Assembly (NCBI RefSeq): GCF_035594765.1
Contig: NC_085846.1
Location: 12,201,190 to 12,265,189, forward strand
DNA from: Anolis carolinensis
Lineage: Eukaryota
Reading direction: 5' to 3'
DNA: 64,000 nucleotides
Shown piece by piece: positions 57,936-64,000 of this stretch; the first letter of the stretch is position 1, and each line of letters begins with the position of its first letter. The notes under the pieces were generated by a model. That model was not told where the DNA came from, searched no databases, and saw nothing but the letters and a program-made list of their open reading frames with translations. Made by a program: the position numbers and the translations under genes.

Positions 57936-60900
57936 TTAATATACAGTGGGCGGAACTTCTTCAAAGGCCTGTTTGAAGAGCCAGGTTTTCAGGCTCTTCC
58001 TGAACACTTCCAAGGTGGCAGCTTGCCTAATTTCCCTGGGGAGCGCGTTCCAGAGCCGGGGGGCCGCCACGGAGAAGGCCCTCTCCCTCGTCCCCACCAA
58101 CCGCACTTGTGACGGAGGCGGAAGCGAGAGGAGGGCCTCCCCCGATGAGCGAAGAGATCGTGCGGGTTCGTAGGGGGAGATGCGGTCAGAAAGGTAAGTG
58201 GGTCCCAAACCGTTCAGGGCTTTGTAGGTCAGGACCTGCACCTTGAATTGGGTCCGGAAGGTGAACGGCAGCCAGTGGAGCTCCTTGAACAGGGGAGTAG
58301 ACCGCTCCCTGTAATTCACTCCTGTTAGGAACCTGGCTGCCGCCCGCTGAACTAGTTGGAGTTTCCGGGCCGTCTTCACAGGCAGCCCCACGTAGAGTGC
58401 GTTGCAATAATCCAATCTAGAGGTAACTAAGGCATGGACCACCGTAGCCAGATCAGACTTCACGAGGTATGGTCGCAGCTGGCGCACAAGTTTTAGTTGT
58501 GCAAAGGCCCTCCCGGCCACCGCCAGCACCTGAGCCTCAAGTGTCAGAGATGAGTCCGGGAGGACCCCCAAGCTGCGGACCTGCGCCTTCAGGGGGAGTG
58601 CGACCCCGTCAAGCACAGGTTGCCACCCAATACCCCGATCAGACACACGACTGACCTGGAGGACCTCTGTCTTGTCAGGATTAAGTTTCAGCTTGTTCGC
58701 CCTCATCCAGCCCATCACAGCCGCCAAGCACTGGTCCAGAATTCGAGGGGCTTCCTTGGAGTTTGGTGGAAAAGAGTAGTAGAGTTGGGTGTCATCTGCG
58801 TAGAGATGGCACCACACTCCAAAACTCCGGATGACCTCTCCCAGCGGTTTCATGTAGATGTTAAAAAGCATGGGGGACAGAATGGAACCTTGCAGGACCC
58901 CACAGGTCAATGGCCAGGGGTCCGAGCAGGTGTCCCCCAGCTTCACCAACTGGGATCGGCCCTCCAGGAAGGACTGGAGCCACTGCAGAGCAGAACCCCC
59001 AAGGCCCATCCCGGAGAGCCGTCCCAGAAGGATACCATGGTCGATGATATCGAAAGCCGCTGAGATGTCCAAGAGAACCAGCAGGGTCACACTCCCCCTG
59101 TCCAGCTCCCTGCGGAGGTCATCCACCAAGGTGACCAAAGCCGTCTCGGTACTGTGCCCAGGTCTAAAGCCGGACTGTGATGGATCCAGAAAATCAGTGT
59201 CATCCAAGAATCCCAGGAGCTGAGAGGCAACCACCCGCTCCAGGACCTTGCCCAAAAAAGGAAGATTCGAGATTGGTCTGTAGTTATTTAGGATGGTCGA
59301 ATCAAGGGAGGCTTTCTTCAAAATTGGCCTCACTATAGCCTGTTTTAGGGCAGATGGAAATTTGCCTTGATCCAGAGAGGCATTAATGATACTCACAAAC
59401 CAATCTCCCAATCCTCCTCTGGCCGATTTTATAAGCCAAGAAGGGCAAGGATCCTTGGCACAAGTGGTCGCCCTCACAGCTCCAAGGATCTTGTCCACGT
59501 CATCCAGGTGAACAAGCTGAAACGAATCCTACAAGATAGGACAGACAGGTGCCTCGGTTAACTCACATGGCATTGCATCCAAGCTAGCATCCAAGTCATG
59601 ACGGATCTGAGCGACTTTGTCTGCAAAATGGTGCACGAATTCGCTGCACCGAGTTGCCGCGTCCTCGGGTGCCTCCCCACCCTCAGAAGAGTGGAGGAGC
59701 TCCCCGACGACACGGAACAACTCCGATGATCTATTAGTTGCAGACGCTATGCGGGCAGTCGTGAAGGTCTTCCTGGCTGCCCGCAAAGCCGCGGAGTAGG
59801 TACAAATAGCAGCACTAGCCCGTGCTCGGTCAGAGGCGTCCTGAGTCTTCCGCCAGCGGCACTCTAGTCCTCTTCTCTTGTGCTTCATCACTGCCAACTC
59901 CTCTGAGAACCAGGGAGCTGAAGTAACTCTGCGCAAAGAGAGGGGACATTCGGGGGCAATCGTGTCAATTGCTCTAGACATCTCGCTATTATAGCGATCT
60001 ACCAGGGCATCAACAGGATTGTCAGCACCCAAGACAGGAGAATCCCCAAGAGATCTCAGGAATCCATCAGGATCCATCAGTCTCCTGGGGCGGACCATCT
60101 TAATGGGTCCCCCACCCCTGCGGAGGTTTTTTGGGGACACAGTGAGTTTTAGACTGATCAGGTGATGGTCGGACCATGACAATGGAAGAATGTTTTTCTC
60201 TTCCACTCCAACCTCACCATCCATCGCAACAAAAACCAGGTCGAGTGTGTGACCAGCTTGATGGGTGGGACCAGATATCACTTGGGACAGCCCCATGGTC
60301 GTCATGGCAACCATGAAATCCAGAGCAGCACCTGTCAAGGTGGACTCGGCATGGATGTTAAAGTCTCCCAGCACTACCAGTCGCTGGGAGACCAACGCCA
60401 CACCAGAGATCACCTCTGCTAGCTCAGGCAGGGAAACTGCAGTGTCGCGGGGTGGTTGGTACACTAGCAGAATCCCCAGACTGTCCCGGGCACCCACCCT
60501 AAGATGTACACACTCAAAACCTGTAGATTGCGGGACGGCACACCTGACCAGGGAGATGGACTGCCGAAAAACCACCGCGACCCCGCCTCCCCTTCCCCCA
60601 GATCTGGCCTGCTGTTGCACCCCAAAACCCAGAGGACAGAGCTGGGTGAGATTTACCCCACCCAGCTCATCCAACCAGGTCTCAGTGATGCAAGCCAGGT
60701 TCGCCACTTCATCCAAGATAAGATCCTGGATGATAGCTGATTTACCATTGACGGACCTGGCATTGAACAGCAGGATCCTCAATCCAAGGGGACCGTCATG
60801 GGTGCTACCACACTTAACCTTTTCCAGGGTCGCAAGAACTCTGTTGCGCTTCTCCCTGGGATGACAGTAACCACTCCTCCTCCTCCCCCACACAACCTCA

Positions 60901-60977
60901 ATGGTACCCCCCGGCTCCGGTCCACCCCCCACCGCTTGGGCAACAGGCAGAATGGAGATGGAATTGGGTGGCCCTAG
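57936..60977 (-). pseudogene. LINE ORF2 (APE endonuclease + reverse transcriptase) with one in-frame TAG at 59529-59531
   Basis: EN motifs LFNARSV, CITETW, LGDFNIH, GHTLDLVF, WSDHH. RT motifs QSGFRPGHSTETAL, LDISAAFD, QGSILSP, YADD. The two listed ORFs (59529..60932 and 57936..59498) share a frame: ...CCT ATC TTG TAG GAT TCG TTT CAG... Confidence 0.9.
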
Positions 60978-61997
60978 TCAGCTCTCCGCTGCCAGGGAGC
61001 TACTCGGGATTTTATCATAGGTATGGTCTAAGAATGTATCATGCACGGACAGAGGGAGGGAGCAGTCAGGAGAACTGAACAAAAGCAATGTCTGTGGGCA
61101 GGACTCGGAAATAGATTGAGAAGGGACTGGGGTTGAACTGGGGAATACTAAACAATTTCTTGGAGGGGATGGAGACCTAACTCGATGATTACGGGCACTA
61201 TCCATTTTGGATCTGGTGGTTATATGAGGAGGCAGTTCGAAGCCTGCCATCAGAGGCCGAATTATGGGATTGAAAAACACCTTCCTGATACTAATTTCCC
61301 ATAAGTTTAATAAAGGTTTACGTGCCCAAAGCTCTTCAATTAATGAACTATCCTCGAAGGTGACAACGAAGCATGTAGAGCGGTCCCGAGCTTGAAAGTC
61401 CCTGCGTAGCCAGGAGATGGTCTTAATTCTGACTACATTTGGGCTCGTAGAAAGTATCTGAGTCAGGGACTTCTGAACAGCTCTCTTAGAGGTCCATCTA
61501 CCCCTATTTAAACATGAGTCTACTATTTCAAACGCCAACATATTTGATTGAGGTAGATATTCATGGTGGCATGCTGGATCCAGTATACAATGGACAGACT
61601 CAGATATTCCCTCGATAATTGTCTTTTGTGTACTCCAGTCCATTTTCCTATACCCAACCCTTCCTTCTCCCCCTTGAAGATGTGAAAGCTCTCTCTCATC
61701 TTCGCCGTCCTCGGCTTCTTTCACAAGCTCCTTTTTACATTCTGATGGCCTTTCCCTTTCCTCCCTATTGAAGATCAGTGACCAATTGTCCACGGTTTGG
61801 TTAACAGTCGCTGGATCCTCTTCTTTCCAGGCGTTAAAACATCCAGGATTTCTCACCATAAGAGATATACCTTTGAAGAGGTGATCTATTTTCTCGTTTA
61901 ATATTGCCAGTTGTGATAGCACAAGATGAAATGACTTCCTCATAAGTTCACACAAGTGCGACAGTTCACCATTCCCATGAGTTTCAAGTTGACTCAT
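60978..61997 (-). CDS. LINE ORF1 protein (339 aa)
   Basis: ATG-initiated ORF directly upstream of the endonuclease frame. N-terminal heptad-like segment (LSQLAILNEKIDHL), acidic linker, possible RRM-like region (CFVVTFEDSSLIEELW), Ser/Pro-rich tail. Domain calls are inferred. Confidence 0.75.
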   Translation of the reverse strand: MSQLETHGNGELSHLCELMRKSFHLVLSQLAILNEKIDHLFKGISLMVRNPGCFNAWKEEDPATVNQTVDNWSLIFNREERERPSECKKELVKEAEDGEDERELSHLQGGEGRVGYRKMDWSTQKTIIEGISESVHCILDPACHHEYLPQSNMLAFEIVDSCLNRGRWTSKRAVQKSLTQILSTSPNVVRIKTISWLRRDFQARDRSTCFVVTFEDSSLIEELWARKPLLNLWEISIRKVFFNPIIRPLMAGFELPPHITTRSKMDSARNHRVRSPSPPRNCLVFPSSTPVPSQSISESCPQTLLLFSSPDCSLPLSVHDTFLDHTYDKIPSSSLAAES

Positions 61998-63169
61998 TTC
62001 CTATACACTTTCCAAAACCTTTCAAACAGTAACCACTCAAGACCTTCAATACTATTTCACCCTTCTCCCTAGCCTTCTCAGCCCTTCTCTAACCTTCTCA
62101 ACCTACCCTCCAGTGTAACCTAAAATTACACTATTCTCTACCCTAACCATCAATCAAAACCTGCAATACATGCTCAGACCCTCGATCACTTTCCAAATCC
62201 AACAAAAACCAGAATCCAATAACTCAGAGAAGTTGAACTACCACAATTCCCTTTCCCTATCCAGGCTCGCCACCTTCAGTCTATCCTTCTGCACTGCACT
62301 AAAGAAACCAAAACAATAAAAACCCAGTCATAGAACACACAAAATTAAAATCAATAAAATAAAAACAGATGGACAAACAACAGACACAACTTAAAAAAAA
62401 ATTGTTGATGAATCATAGACCCAACTTCATTTAAAGAAATACATTTCCGCCCCAAACTCCAACAGACCAAAATCTGAACTGAATTAGGGTCCTGAATATA
62501 TTCTAATACAGAAGGTGTCAGGTCATATGGCATTGAACACAAGCTAAGAACTATTGAGCTGATATTTCTGAGTAGATATTTGAATTATTTTCCCAGTCTA
62601 GACATCAAAACTGACCTTCCTCAGACTATTTCTAGGTTCCTTGCTATTGGAAGGCTTTCATATGCTGGCTGTAATTCTAGCTGTGTCAGCCAATAGCTTA
62701 TCTAACCTTTCTGATGTGGATAATTCATTAACACCTTCTCTTGTCTACAACAACATTGTTTTTACTAATGATCATGAAGTGAAATAAATAATCATAATAT
62801 TGAACATAAAAGAAATGCTAATATTAAAAACGTTGTTTTGTTGAATTTTGTCTATATCATCATACCAATATATATACATAAATAAATCATAAAAATAGGG
62901 AAATATAAAAAAGAAAAACATTTTAATTACATTGACGTATCATTTGAAAAAAGAGGAAAATGCATACCTACTATATTGGGCTGTCACAGTAATGAATTAT
63001 TACACTCTGTGTTTTTGGTCTTTGATTTCTCAAAATCTGTCAAGTGTCTTAATAAAAATATTTTCTTTGCTTATTCATGTTCAATAAACACTAACCATGT
63101 TTTTAGTCATAATAAAGGATGTGGAAAAAGTCTCTCAGATGTGTGAGATTAACAACATCTTGTGATATC

Positions 63170-63360
63170 ATAAGTGGTATAATACCAACACAAGGTAAAC
63201 TTTTAGACGTCTCTGTGTTTCCTGTATACATAAAATATCACCGGAGATGTCCCCAGACATTTTGGACAGTAGCTCTTCCTTAGCAAGTGACAAACCTATA
63301 TTAAGAGACATACTTGTTAAAAGTAGTCTTGATAAAGACTGTTGGTATTTGTCCATTTGT
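63170..63360 (-). mobile_element. Vingi-type LINE endonuclease N-terminal fragment
   Basis: SLNIGLSLAKEELL...DILCIQET motif. Confidence 0.5.
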
Positions 63361-63649
63361 GAAGGAAAAATTATACCTGCAGGTTAAAAATGTTGTAAAG
63401 CAATGTTTTTGGGTTGGAAAAACTAGCCGTTTCCAAGAAACGTTGCCCAGGGGATGCCCGACTGTATTTACTTAGTCTTCAAAGAGGTTCTGTCTGTGTC
63501 CCCATGTGAAGCAGGTGAACATCGCACTGAATGAGACATGTAGAAGATTCACAGGATGTCTCATACCTATACCTGCTGATAGACTTTATAACAGGCATAG
63601 GCAAACGTTGGCCCTCCAGGTGTTTTGGACTTCAACTCTCACAATTCCT

Positions 63650-64000
63650 GAATGTGTAGCTCTAGGTTAGGCATTGTAACTGCGATTGTGAATTTTGAAC
63701 ATCACCTGCAAGTTTCTGTATTCCTTTTAGACCCAGGATTATTCTTAGAACTTTCCTGCATTGAACGTCTTCCAAAAACCGCTGTATGAAAACAAAACAA
63801 TGGTCAGAAACAGCTGAAAACTGCTATATGATGGAAGCACTTAGGTTCAGGAAAACTACCAGGAAGACAAATACTTTTAAAAAGAATGACAACTGAACAT
63901 TCAGAATGAATATTTTTTAAAAGAATGCTATCTTTAATATCATGTGGTTTCTGCATGCCCTCCCAGCATAAAAATGATTTGGGCAGAACAACCTCAATCT
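63650..64000 (+). repeat. Segmental duplicate of ~49603-50083 (upstream region of the second VLIG gene)
   Basis: Long shared runs such as AGACCCAGGATTATTCTTA, CGCTGTATGAAAACAAAACAATGGTCAGAA and TTTCTGCATGCCCTCCCA. Confidence 0.85.

Larger units (their letters stand above)
57589..62300 (-). mobile_element. Near full-length L2-clade LINE (ORF1 + APE endonuclease/RT ORF2); 5' end approximate
   Basis: ORF1 60978-61997 and ORF2 57936-60977. The 3' UTR ends TGTAAGCCGCCCCGAGTCTCTCTGGGGAGATGGTGGCGGGGTACAAAAATAAAA followed by (TTA)n at ~57589-57605. Confidence 0.9.

Noticed and set aside
59529-59531. Second programmed readthrough at the TAG in ORF2
   Set aside because: The context TAG-GAT is not a leaky one and the site is between EN and RT; a TGG to TAG mutation is simpler.
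60978-60980. Selenocysteine recoding of the junction TGA
   Set aside because: No SECIS-like structure recognised in the L2 3' UTR, and the CUAG context points to readthrough instead.

Overview
Eukaryotic vertebrate DNA, very probably an anole lizard, judged from Sauria SINEs, Bov-B, Vingi, CR1, L2, Penelope pieces and MITEs. Four + strand host genes are supported. (1) A spliced CARD6-like CARD fused to a complete very large inducible GTPase (VLIG/GVIN/URGCP family; predicted join 3973..4243, 7551..7664, 9679..9738, 9941..14637, about 1713 aa), behind a duplicated ISRE/IRF cassette. (2) VKORC1, 3 coding exons. (3) BCKDK, 11 coding exons, 414 aa, with one GC-AG intron. (4) A second VLIG paralogue whose frame is still open but which lacks a recognisable CARD exon and about 900 aa including the whole GTPase domain. 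The upstream region of gene 4 recurs at the window end, suggesting a further tandem copy just outside. On the - strand at about 57.6-62.3 kb is a near full-length L2-clade LINE. Its ORF1 and ORF2 are in one reading frame, separated only by TGA-CTAG (a known strong readthrough context) and a predicted stem-loop, and ORF2 has no AUG before its endonuclease domain. This is the top candidate for an undescribed mechanism, followed by the CARD-VLIG and its GTPase-less paralogue. All calls were made by eye from the sequence and remembered family motifs; no searches or folding programs were run.
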